Source of the DNA: Methanobrevibacter sp.
Lineage (GTDB): Archaea > Methanobacteriota > Methanobacteria > Methanobacteriales > Methanobacteriaceae
Assembly: GCF_017468685.1 (NCBI RefSeq)
Contig: NZ_JAFUHT010000034.1
Location: forward strand, 7,221-71,220
Direction: 5' to 3'
DNA length: 64,000 nucleotides
Positions 52,575 through 62,600 of this stretch are shown piece after piece. A program made the position numbers and the translations under genes. The notes below the pieces were generated by a model. That model did no database searches and was not told the origin of the DNA. It was given only the letters and a program-made list of their open reading frames with translations. Positions within the stretch are counted from its first letter, which is position 1. Each line of letters starts with the position of its first letter.

Positions 52575-53657
52575 ATGTTGTTAATTGCTCAAAACCACTT
52601 ACAATTAATTGTAGAAGTAGCTATTATGCTATTTGTTGTATGGGTGTTTGCTTTAAACTTAATCCCATTATCTTTAAGTGTAGTGACCTTTTTATCATTG
52701 TTTATCATGGGAGGTTTCACATTAATTTTTGGAGCAGATATTGCACTTTTGGTAATATCCTCAAGTCAGGCGGAATTCACTCACCCATTCGGTCCGATAG
52801 CATTGCTTGGAACTGTGGCGGCTTTAGCATCTCTGAAGGTAATGAAGGAATCGGGTGTGGATATCAGGCCACTTAGAAGATTTGTAATTTTATTCCTTGC
52901 AGGTATAACCATATTTGGTGGATTAATGCACAGATCCTTTTTATTATTATGGTTAATCGGTTTATTCTTCGGATACTTAATGATTTCCAAGTCATTCAGG
53001 GAAAAATCAGTATTCACAGCAAGAAGAATCATGATGTTTTTAGGAGCTGCAGGCGTTGGTTTTGTACTGTTGGAGATTATTGCAAGAGTATCTGGAATGA
53101 CAATTTTTTCACCTTTATTGAGGTTGGGAAGGATTGAACAATACTCTTTGTCAAGTATTAAGACAGTATTGCATAATATTCAACTGATTGGTCACAGTGC
53201 AGATGCTTCATATTGGGGAGCAGAAGGTACGGCATTCGCTGAAGGTTATATTACCCTGCCGATGCAGCTGGTACTGTTCTTCGGTCTTCCATTCCCGATG
53301 TTTTTCGGTATTCTTGTAAATCAAAAGGATACAATCGATTATATGCTTCCGGGTATTTTCGGATACGGTTTTGACTTTGGTATACTTGGACTTGTCGGAT
53401 TGATGTTATTTGTAGTCGGAACCATTGTAATAGGATTTAAAGTATTGAAGAAATACAGAGAGAAAAGAGAGAAAAATAATAAGAAATATCTTGGAAGAGA
53501 AGTATTATTAACTGGTGCTCTAGCATCATTCTGTGCACAATCATTAATCGGATTGTTTATATTTAACAGGTCTATTAATGGTATGGCATTATTAACATTC
53601 ATTTTCGTAGGTACATTGATTTTAGCTAATGTAGTTACACTTAAAACAAGATCATAA
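52575..53657 (+). CDS. Multi-pass membrane protein, hypothetical
   Basis: Roughly 10 TM helices. Confidence 0.75.
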   Translation: MLLIAQNHLQLIVEVAIMLFVVWVFALNLIPLSLSVVTFLSLFIMGGFTLIFGADIALLVISSSQAEFTHPFGPIALLGTVAALASLKVMKESGVDIRPLRRFVILFLAGITIFGGLMHRSFLLLWLIGLFFGYLMISKSFREKSVFTARRIMMFLGAAGVGFVLLEIIARVSGMTIFSPLLRLGRIEQYSLSSIKTVLHNIQLIGHSADASYWGAEGTAFAEGYITLPMQLVLFFGLPFPMFFGILVNQKDTIDYMLPGIFGYGFDFGILGLVGLMLFVVGTIVIGFKVLKKYREKREKNNKKYLGREVLLTGALASFCAQSLIGLFIFNRSINGMALLTFIFVGTLILANVVTLKTRS

Positions 53658-53668
53658 GAGGTAGTTAT

Positions 53669-54127
53669 ATGAAAGCTTTGGTATTGCTAGGATGTCCTGA
53701 AACTCCATCTCAAACTCCAATGGCAGTTTATGTTTTTAATAAATTAACAAAATTGGGTTATGATACAACTATTGCAGCTAATCCTGCAGCTAAAAAACTG
53801 GTTAAAATTTCTGACCCTGAAGATTATTATAAGTTAAATATAGTTGATTTAGAAAGACTTTTAGGTGAAATAAACTCTGGTGACTTTGATTTATTAGTGG
53901 GTTTTGTTCACAAGGACGCAGCAGCATCATTTTTCGTAACATTTGAACAGATTTTACAATGCAAATCACTTGCCCTTGTATTTTCAAGAGATGCAGATGA
54001 AGTGGCGGAATTTGTAACAATGATTGAAGAAAGCGGAAGCAACGCTTTAATCACTGCTGTAAGAGCTTTCCATAATCCTTCACCAATTAAAGTTAAATTT
54101 GACAGAGCAATTAAGGAGATTGAATAA
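53669..54127 (+). CDS. DUF1890 family protein
   Basis: LLGCPE.P.Q, DPE.YY, A.HNP. Confidence 0.75.
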   Translation: MKALVLLGCPETPSQTPMAVYVFNKLTKLGYDTTIAANPAAKKLVKISDPEDYYKLNIVDLERLLGEINSGDFDLLVGFVHKDAAASFFVTFEQILQCKSLALVFSRDADEVAEFVTMIEESGSNALITAVRAFHNPSPIKVKFDRAIKEIE

Positions 54128-54128
54128 A

Positions 54129-54443
54129 ATGTCTTTCTGTTTAGATACTTATTTACAGCAATCCGATAATTATGAGATTCATGCTTCAAAAGCAGGTTTT
54201 AAAGACTGTGCCATGATTATCCGTTTTAAAGCTGATGATTTGGTATATATTAAACCTGGAGATGAAGTATTAGGTGTTCGTGTAATAGGTATTCCACCAA
54301 TACCAATAGGATTTGATCATGAAAAAGGAACCGTTTTCCTACCATACACCAAACCGTGTCACGGAACATCAGTTGTGGAGCTTCCAATTGATGAAGAAGA
54401 AGTTGAAAAAATCAGAAAATTAGATACTGGTAATAAAAAATGA
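54129..54443 (+). CDS. DUF1894 family protein
   Basis: M.FCLD, PG..VLG.RVIG.PPIPIG, PYTKPCHGT. Confidence 0.75.
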   Translation: MSFCLDTYLQQSDNYEIHASKAGFKDCAMIIRFKADDLVYIKPGDEVLGVRVIGIPPIPIGFDHEKGTVFLPYTKPCHGTSVVELPIDEEEVEKIRKLDTGNKK

Positions 54444-55384
54444 AATCAACTGTAGTTGGAAGTTTTCCAGTTGAAGTAAAAGAAGCAACTTCAACTAAAG
54501 ATAAATTGCTCAAGGCATTAGGTGCATATGATGCATTTAATGAATCAATTAAAGAGAGTATTATCGCCCAGCTTGATGCAGGCGTAGATATTGTTTCTGA
54601 CGGTCAGGTCAGGGGTGACATGGTTTCTATTTTTACTGAATATATTCCCGGAATGAAAATTGTTGACGGCAATACTGAGATTGTCTCAAAAATCAGAAAG
54701 CCTATTCAGGAAATTTCCATTAAAGACCTTCAGTATGCTAAAAAAGTAATGAAAGAATATTTCAACGGCAATATTCCCGAAGGAAAAGGTGTTAAAGGAA
54801 TCATTACTGGTCCAAATACTATTGTTCACTCTTCAAGAATTCAGGGTTTCTATAAAAACAAGGAAGATGCCATACTTGATTTGGCTCACAGCCTTAAATA
54901 TGAAGTGGATGCGATTGCCAGTAAAGTGGAACCTGTATACATTCAAATTGACGAACCGTTTTTATCAACTGGTATGGTTGATATGAAAACTGCCCGTGAA
55001 GCTATTTCAATTTTAAAAGATGGTTTGGATGTTCCTTTGGCTATGCATGTTTGTGGTATATTAAAGGATGCTTTTAAAGATATTGCTCGTTTTAATGTTG
55101 ATATTCTTGATTTTGAATTTGCAGGAAACAATGTTAATTTAGGAGTTTTAGAGGAGAATTATAATTTGATTTCTGATAAAAAGATCGGCTTTGGATGTGT
55201 TGACTCATCAGTAAATACTGTTGATAATATTGATGATGTTGAGGATTTGATTAAAAAAGCTGTTGAAATTGTTGGAAAGGACAATTTACTATTGGACCCT
55301 GATTGCGGTTTGAGAAGAGCTCCAAAAGATGTTGCATTTGAAAAATTAAAAATAATGAATGTATTAAAAGATAAATACAGTTAA
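54440..55384 (+). CDS. Archaeal core methionine synthase (MetE C-terminal-like)
   Basis: TVVGSFP, SDGQ.R, KGIITGP.T, QIDEP, HVCG, DPDCGL. Confidence 0.88.
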   Translation: MKSTVVGSFPVEVKEATSTKDKLLKALGAYDAFNESIKESIIAQLDAGVDIVSDGQVRGDMVSIFTEYIPGMKIVDGNTEIVSKIRKPIQEISIKDLQYAKKVMKEYFNGNIPEGKGVKGIITGPNTIVHSSRIQGFYKNKEDAILDLAHSLKYEVDAIASKVEPVYIQIDEPFLSTGMVDMKTAREAISILKDGLDVPLAMHVCGILKDAFKDIARFNVDILDFEFAGNNVNLGVLEENYNLISDKKIGFGCVDSSVNTVDNIDDVEDLIKKAVEIVGKDNLLLDPDCGLRRAPKDVAFEKLKIMNVLKDKYS

Positions 55385-55432
55385 TAATTAAAATAAATTA
55401 ATGTTTAATTTGTTTTACAAATTAAACATATT

Positions 55433-56452
55433 TTATATGAATAAACTCATATCACTTTTTTCTCCGGAACCAATAAATGTTGATACTCCACCTAGTTCAA
55501 CTCCATCTATCAGTTCTTCTTTATGGATTCCCATAATGTCCATTGACATCTGACATGCTACAAGACGAACTCCATGTTCTTTTGCTGTTTCAACTAATTC
55601 TTCGAGGGATAAAATTCCTTTGGAATCCATTATTGACCTGATCATTCTTGGGCCTGCACCTGCCATTTGCATTCTTGACAATCCTAATTTTTTGGTTCCT
55701 CTTGGCATCATGAATCCAAATGCCTTTTCAATCAATGTCTTTTTGACACTTACTTTTTCAGGTCTTCTTAGGATGTTTAATCCCCAGAATGTGAAAAACA
55801 TTGTTACATCTCTTCCCATTGATGCGGCTCCATTTGCTATGATGAATGCTGCAATGGTTTTATCTAAATCTCCACTGAATACTACAAAAGTCTTGTCATT
55901 GTCTGCTGGTATTTGTGGTTTATCTATTTTTTGTATTACTGCTTTTATGATTCCATCTTCAATTTTTAATGATTCCAAATTATTTCCTGTTCTTTCAGCC
56001 CATATTTTTATGTCTGATTCGAACGCATCTTCAGTTGCTTCAACATATACTTTCTGACCATCTCTTAATTCTTTGATTGTATCTGCAACTTTAATGATTG
56101 GTCCTGGACACATTTCGCCTTTAGCATCAATTTTTACAGGTTCAAGTGAACTTACATGATTTTTATAGGCTTCATATCCTCCTTCGAGGGTATATGCATC
56201 GTATCCTAATTCGGATAATTGTTCAACTGCTTCGTTACTTCTTTTTCCTGTTTTACAGTAAATGTAGATTTTTTTATTTTTATCTATTGAATCTAAGTTG
56301 TATGATATTTCTTCTAATGGTATATGTATTGAATTTTCAATTTTTCCTAGATTTAATTCTTCCTTGTCTCTCACATCAATCAGTATTGTTGTGTTTGACT
56401 CTTCGTTTAAGTATTCTTCGATAGTAATTGTGTTAGTCATGTTTTTCATCAC
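55433..56452 (-). CDS. Rhodanese-TusA/SirA-DsrE fusion sulfur-relay protein
   Basis: IDVR...CKTGKRS rhodanese; DAKGEMCPGP TusA; FSGDLD, FFTFWGL, ACQMSM DsrE. Confidence 0.85.
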   Translation of the reverse strand: MMKNMTNTITIEEYLNEESNTTILIDVRDKEELNLGKIENSIHIPLEEISYNLDSIDKNKKIYIYCKTGKRSNEAVEQLSELGYDAYTLEGGYEAYKNHVSSLEPVKIDAKGEMCPGPIIKVADTIKELRDGQKVYVEATEDAFESDIKIWAERTGNNLESLKIEDGIIKAVIQKIDKPQIPADNDKTFVVFSGDLDKTIAAFIIANGAASMGRDVTMFFTFWGLNILRRPEKVSVKKTLIEKAFGFMMPRGTKKLGLSRMQMAGAGPRMIRSIMDSKGILSLEELVETAKEHGVRLVACQMSMDIMGIHKEELIDGVELGGVSTFIGSGEKSDMSLFI

Positions 56453-56637
56453 TTTTATTTTTTTTCGCCCGAGTAATGAAAACGCAAAAAAATAACAATA
56501 GTTATATTTTGCTAAATTAATATTTTGTAAAGAGGTATTTAAATCTATTGTTTAATCTGATCATATTTGCTAAATTACAAAAATATTTTACATCAATATA
56601 GTTATTTTACTTCAATTTTTTTAATCAGTTATAAAAA

Positions 56638-56655
56638 ATATAACAATAGTTATAT
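56638..56655 (+). promoter_or_regulatory. 18-bp palindrome ATATAAC-AATA-GTTATAT over the adhesin 1 TATA box
   Basis: Identical copies at 59491-59508 and, reversed, at 24509-24526; 17/18 match at 56490-56507. Confidence 0.6.
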
Positions 56656-56680
56656 ACTAGAAGATATAAACTACATATTC

Positions 56681-56788
56681 GCCAGACTACTTTTAAATGT
56701 CATCAAAAAATATGATGATATTTTTCATTCACACACCAAAAACCTGGTTACGCAAGTAATCAATCAAAAAAATGGAGGTTTTCAATTC
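56681..56788 (+). promoter_or_regulatory. Conserved structured 5' leader of adhesin 1
   Basis: Shares sequence blocks and two hairpins with 59534-59659. Confidence 0.6.
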
Positions 56789-59437
56789 GTGATTGATAAA
56801 AAATATGTTCTAATATTATTAGTTCTATTCTTCATTGCTATAAATTCAGTAAACGCAACCTCAGATATAGATTTAGTCTCAAATAGTAGTGATGATGAAT
56901 TGTCAGCAGATAATTTGGACAATATTTTAAGTGAACAAACAGGAACATTTACAGAATTACAGGAATTAGTAAGTAGTGGCGGAACTATAGATTTAACAAA
57001 AGACTATAAATTCGACAGTTCCACAGATGATGACTTTAATGATGGAATTTCAATATCCAGAAGTGTTACTATTAATGGGAATAATCATGTAATAGACGCT
57101 CAGGGTCAAGGAAGGATCTTTGAAATTACAGCTAGCAATGTTATACTAAAAGATTTAACCATAATCAACGGATATTATTATCACTACCGTTATAATAACG
57201 ATTATGGTGGAGCTATTTACTGGAGCGGAAGTAACGGTCAGGTAATTAACTCAACCTTTAAAAACAATTATGCAGATGATACTGGAGGAGCTATCTACTG
57301 GGCAGGAAGTAATGGAAAAATTACTAACTCTCACTTTGATAACAACACAGCATACAATGGCCAGGGCGGAGCAATATATGCTCCTAAAAACGCTAATGGA
57401 ATTACAATTTCAAACTCCAATTTCACCAACAATAAAGTACTGGGATCTGCTGGTTACGGTGGAGCATTATACTTTTGGACATGTGCAAATGCAGTAGTGA
57501 TAAATTCAAGATTCATAAATAATAGCGCTACCAATGGTGGAGCAATAGGTGGAGACTCAAGTAACAATGCACAATTCACAAGCCTATACTTTAAAGGCAA
57601 TAAAGGGTATCGCGGTGGAGCAATCTACTGGTATCGTGGTGAAAAAGCAACATTGAAAAATTCCACATTTATAGAAAACAATGCAACATCAACAAATGGT
57701 GGAGGAGCAATCCACTGGTACAATAGCCCAAATGGAGTTATAACAAATTCAACATTTATAGGAAATAAGGCACTACGAACAAATGGTGGAGCAATCAGAT
57801 TCCAAGACACTAACAAAGGAGAAATATCAAAATCAATCTTTATCAATAACACTGCCCTAAACAATGGTGGTGCTATAAGTTGGGAAAATAGTAATGGTGA
57901 AATATCAACATCTGAATTCATTAACAATGCTGCAACTTATGGACAATCCGTAAGAATAAATAAAGGCACTGTTAAAGTTTCAGATTCAAACTTTACAGAT
58001 AAAACATCAAGTTATAGTATATTTTCAACTTCAGATTTGACTTTAAGTAATAATAACTTAAATGAAGAGAATTATATCTATCTGGAGGATAAGAAAATTC
58101 TTTCAAAAACTAATATTATCGTTTTAGAAAATCAAACAAAGTACTCTCTCTCAAATGTCACTTTAAAAGCTCTAATATTCGATGATAACAATAACAAGAT
58201 TGTCTTGTCTGGTAATTTCACCAGGTTAAAATTTGATGTTGATAAAAATTTAGTTGAAGCAGCACAGAATGAATATGGTGTATGGTCCTATGATTATACA
58301 TTCACAAAGCCTGGAGTTTATGTTGTTTCAGCTTCTCAGGAAAACTTAACAACAGCAAATATCTTTAAAGGTACAGTAATTATTAAGTTTGACTCTAAAT
58401 TCAACATTTCAACCAAAGATATTAATTTGGGTGAAAACGCTACTATTACTATCACTTTGGATGAAGATGCTCGTGGAAACATAACTTTAATAATAGGAAA
58501 TGAAACCTATAAAATTCAATTGAATGACACTAATAAAGGTGTAATTGAATTTAATGTTACATTTGAAGATGCTGGAACATATAATGTTACTGCAATTTAC
58601 ACAAGCAATAATGATTACTTCGATAGCTCTTTGAATGCAACAATTAAAGTGAAACCTTTTATTACAGTCTTTGCAGAAAACCTGACAAGGGGATATAACT
58701 CCGGCAAAGACTTTGAGGCAACATTTAAAGATAAATATGGAAAAGAATTAAAGAATTCTGAAGTAGAATTCATAATCAACAATCATTCATATAAGGTTAA
58801 AACAGATAATAATGGTGTAGCAATTTTAAACGCTAAATTGTATTCGGGTAAGTACACTGTTGAAGTTAAAAATTTGTTAACCAATGAAAGTTTGATTAGA
58901 TCATTGAATATTGTTGATAGGATACAGGAAAATTCAGATTTGAATATTTTCTACAGACAGTCCTATTATACAGTACGTGCATACGGTGATGATGGAAACC
59001 CGGTTAAAGCAGGTGAAATCGTGACTTTTAAGGTTCATGGAGTAACCTATTATGTTAAAACTAATAATAATGGATATGCTTCACTTAAAATTAATCTTGC
59101 ACATAAGACATATATTATCACTGCTGAATATAAAGGATTTAAGGTTTCCAATAAAATCGTAGTTAAACCTGTTATTATCGCTAAAAATGTTAAAGTGAAA
59201 AAATCCTCAAAGACCATTAAAATTAAGATTACACTTAAAGCTAAAAGTGTTCTTAAAAATAAAAAACTAAAAGTTAGGTTTAAAGGAAAAACATTTAAAC
59301 TTAAAACAAATGGTAAAGGCATTGCTTACTTTAAAATTAAGAAAAACATTATTAAAAAACTTAAGAAAGGTAAAACATACAAATATAAAGTAATTTATAT
59401 TGAGGATAGTGTTACTAAAACTATCAAAATTAAATAA
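56789..59437 (+). CDS. Adhesin-like protein 1 (beta-helix GGAIYW repeats, Ig-like domains, Lys-rich tail)
   Basis: GTG at 56789 after GGAGG gives a signal peptide; the track's upstream TTG extension runs through promoter DNA. Confidence 0.88.
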   Translation: MIDKKYVLILLVLFFIAINSVNATSDIDLVSNSSDDELSADNLDNILSEQTGTFTELQELVSSGGTIDLTKDYKFDSSTDDDFNDGISISRSVTINGNNHVIDAQGQGRIFEITASNVILKDLTIINGYYYHYRYNNDYGGAIYWSGSNGQVINSTFKNNYADDTGGAIYWAGSNGKITNSHFDNNTAYNGQGGAIYAPKNANGITISNSNFTNNKVLGSAGYGGALYFWTCANAVVINSRFINNSATNGGAIGGDSSNNAQFTSLYFKGNKGYRGGAIYWYRGEKATLKNSTFIENNATSTNGGGAIHWYNSPNGVITNSTFIGNKALRTNGGAIRFQDTNKGEISKSIFINNTALNNGGAISWENSNGEISTSEFINNAATYGQSVRINKGTVKVSDSNFTDKTSSYSIFSTSDLTLSNNNLNEENYIYLEDKKILSKTNIIVLENQTKYSLSNVTLKALIFDDNNNKIVLSGNFTRLKFDVDKNLVEAAQNEYGVWSYDYTFTKPGVYVVSASQENLTTANIFKGTVIIKFDSKFNISTKDINLGENATITITLDEDARGNITLIIGNETYKIQLNDTNKGVIEFNVTFEDAGTYNVTAIYTSNNDYFDSSLNATIKVKPFITVFAENLTRGYNSGKDFEATFKDKYGKELKNSEVEFIINNHSYKVKTDNNGVAILNAKLYSGKYTVEVKNLLTNESLIRSLNIVDRIQENSDLNIFYRQSYYTVRAYGDDGNPVKAGEIVTFKVHGVTYYVKTNNNGYASLKINLAHKTYIITAEYKGFKVSNKIVVKPVIIAKNVKVKKSSKTIKIKITLKAKSVLKNKKLKVRFKGKTFKLKTNGKGIAYFKIKKNIIKKLKKGKTYKYKVIYIEDSVTKTIKIK

Positions 59438-59490
59438 TGATTTTTATTTTACCTTTCAATTTTTTTTATTTTTTTTGCAAAATGGTAAAA

Positions 59491-59508
59491 ATATAACAAT
59501 AGTTATAT
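59491..59508 (+). promoter_or_regulatory. 18-bp palindrome over the adhesin 2 TATA box
   Basis: ATATAACAATAGTTATAT. Confidence 0.6.
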
Positions 59509-59533
59509 ACTAGAATGTATAAACTTAATACTC

Positions 59534-59659
59534 ACCAGGCTACTTTTAAAAAAATTTGTTGAAAAATAATATTCAACATTCACACACACCAAAAAATCAA
59601 CAATAACAGATTACATGCTGTAATCTTAATATAAAAATTACACAGGAGGCTTCATTTTC
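59534..59659 (+). promoter_or_regulatory. Conserved structured 5' leader of adhesin 2
   Basis: Shares sequence blocks and two hairpins with 56681-56788. Confidence 0.6.
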
Positions 59660-62600
59660 GTGAATAAGAAAATACTAATCACAATATTATTGATATTAGC
59701 AATAGCCAGCATAACTACAGTAAATGCAGTAACCGATGAAGCAACAACTGCAACAACTGATGCTAGTGAATTAACAATTGCTGATGATCAAGAAAATACA
59801 ATAATAACTGAAACAGAAAACGACATAACAAGTGCTGATGATACTGAAATCGGTACTTACAATGAATTAAAAAACTTAATAAATACAAATACAAATGGAA
59901 CAATAGAACTGACAAAGGATTATATATTTGATTCCTCTGCAAGCAAAACTGGTATCCTAATCGATGATGATCATGATGGTTTGACAATAGATGGAAAAAA
60001 TCATAAGATTGATGCAAACGGATTTAGTCAGATATTCCATATTAATGCAGATAATGTTATTTTAAAAAATATAATCTTTATCAATGGTAAATCAACTCAA
60101 ACCACTTCTGATTATTACGGTGGAGCTATAAGATGGTATGGGGATGATGCTACAATTATAAACTCTACTTTTATCAATAATGCAGCTGGAAGATATGGTG
60201 GAGCTGTAACATTTTATTATACCTCTGGAAAAATAATTAATTCCACATTCATAAACAATACTGCAGCAACAGACGGTGGGGCATTTTATGAATATGGATC
60301 AGGTTCATCATATAATGTTGAAATAACTAATTCCAAATTTATTAACAATAAAGCTTTAAGTTCAAGCGGTAACGGTGGAGCTATTTATTTATATCAAAGT
60401 CCAAATTCTAAACTTTTAAATTCCACTTTTATAAATAATACTGCAGGAAAGTTTGGTGGTTCCATATATTGGTACGGTGCAGATAGTGTAATATCTGATA
60501 TAACTGTAATTAACAGTACTACAACATCTTCTAGTGGTCAGGGAGGCTCATTGCATATTGCAACTGGGTCAGGAACAACAATATCAAATTCAAATTTCAT
60601 CAATTCAAAATCAAAAACTGGTGGTGCAGTATATATAGATGACCCTGATATTACTATTGAAAATTCTAAATTCATTAACAGCAATGCAACAACAAGTGCT
60701 GGTGCAATTTATGTAAATGATAAAAATATTAAAATTATTAATTCAACTTTCATTAATTCGACTGCTGCAGGCAGTGGAGGAACATTTTATTGGGTAGGTG
60801 CAAATGGAAATATTATTAATTCCACAATCATCAATTCAAGTTCCAAAAGCTATGCTGGAGCAGTTTACTGGGCAGGTTCATCTAACACATATGGTCAAAT
60901 AATAAATACTACATTTATTAATTCAACAGCTACAAATCAAGGTGGAACTATTTATTGGGCTAGTAATTATGGAAGTTTAATAAACATTACAATAGAAAAT
61001 TCCAAATCCGATGCACGTGGAGGTATCATTTACTGGACAGGTCAATATGGTACTATAACTAATTCTAAATTCATCAACGGTACTGCAGCAACAGATGGTG
61101 GTGTAATCTATTGGTATAGTCGTAATCCAACAATTACAAATAACGAATTCATAAATAACACTGCTTTAAATGGTAATGCTGGAGCAATTTACATTTTTCA
61201 ATCAGCAACTCCTGTGTTATCTGGAAATAAATTTAAGAATAATAATGCATCTGGAAATGGTGGTGCAATAGTATTTGATGGAAGTAGTTCAGGAGAAATT
61301 GTTCAATCAGAATTCATCAATAATACTGCAGCAAAAATTGGAGGGGCTATTTATGCATCTTCCAGTAGCAGTATTTCACTTCAAAAATTAAACTTTGAAG
61401 ATAATACCGCATTAACAAATGCAGGTGCTGTCTATATAACTGCTAGTGACAATCCGGAAATAATTGATGCGACATTTAAAAATAACATTGCAGGTCAAAA
61501 TGGTGGAGCAGTTTACATATACAACAGTCAAGGAGCAGAATTGAACAATATCCAATTCATCAATAATACTGCATTAAATGGAGGATCAATTTATATCTCT
61601 GCAAGTTCAAGTTATTCAAGCACTAATACATTAGAAATATTAAATTCAAATTTTACAAGAAATACTGCAACTAATGATGGTGGTGCTATTTATTGGTTAA
61701 GTTCTTCCGATGATAAAGGAAGCATTTCTCAATTGAACTTCAATGACAATAATGCAGTTAATGGTGGTGCATTTTATATTTCAGGAGCATATAATGCTAA
61801 AGTTTCACAGTTAACATTCAATAACAATACTGCTGCAAATAATGGTGGAGCATTACTCTTGACCAATGTTGATAAATCCACATTCAATGAAATCACATTC
61901 AACAATAACACTGCAGTCAACGGTGGTGCTGTCTATTCATTCAATGGTGGAGATGACACTACAATAACTGAATCTCATTTCAGTGATAATACTGCAGTTA
62001 ACGGTGGGGCTATTTACTTAAATGATGTTGAAGATTATGAAATTACAGGCTCTGATTTCAGAAATAACAATGCAGTTAACGGAGGATCCGTCTTTTTAAA
62101 CAATACTGTCAATACTGAAATTTCAGAAGATACATTTTCCAAAAATACTGCAGATAATGGTGCTTCATTATATGTAATTGATGGTTCAGCATCTGTTTTA
62201 AACTCTGCATTTTCTGAAGATGTTGCAAATGAAAATGGAGTAATTTACATTGACAGTGGTGCTTTAACTGTAACTGAATCATTAATATCAAGTCTTGAAA
62301 CTAAATATGCAATTTACTCAGCTGGAACTTTAACTCTTTCACAAAACACTCTTGGTGATGAAAATTATATTTTCTTAGCTAAAAATAGTATTTCATCTGA
62401 AGTTAACATTGAAATAGTGGATGATGAAGATTATCAGGGCGGTTTAGATTATAATTTAACTGCAATCATAACAGATGATAATGATAATAGGATTATTTTA
62501 GCAGATAATAACTTAAAATTCATCATTGAAGAAGAGGAAGTTGAAGCAGTACAGGATGAAAACGGTATCTGGACTAATGAGTATACTTTTGAGAAAAGCG

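Noticed and set aside
56567-56788. 74-aa N-terminal extension of adhesin 1 in the ORF track
   Set aside because: It spans the promoter and leader; the RBS and signal peptide point to GTG 56789.
57190-62200. Periodic GGTGGAGC-type repeats as a CRISPR or DNA repeat array
   Set aside because: They encode the GGAI beta-helix protein repeats of the adhesins and vary at synonymous positions.
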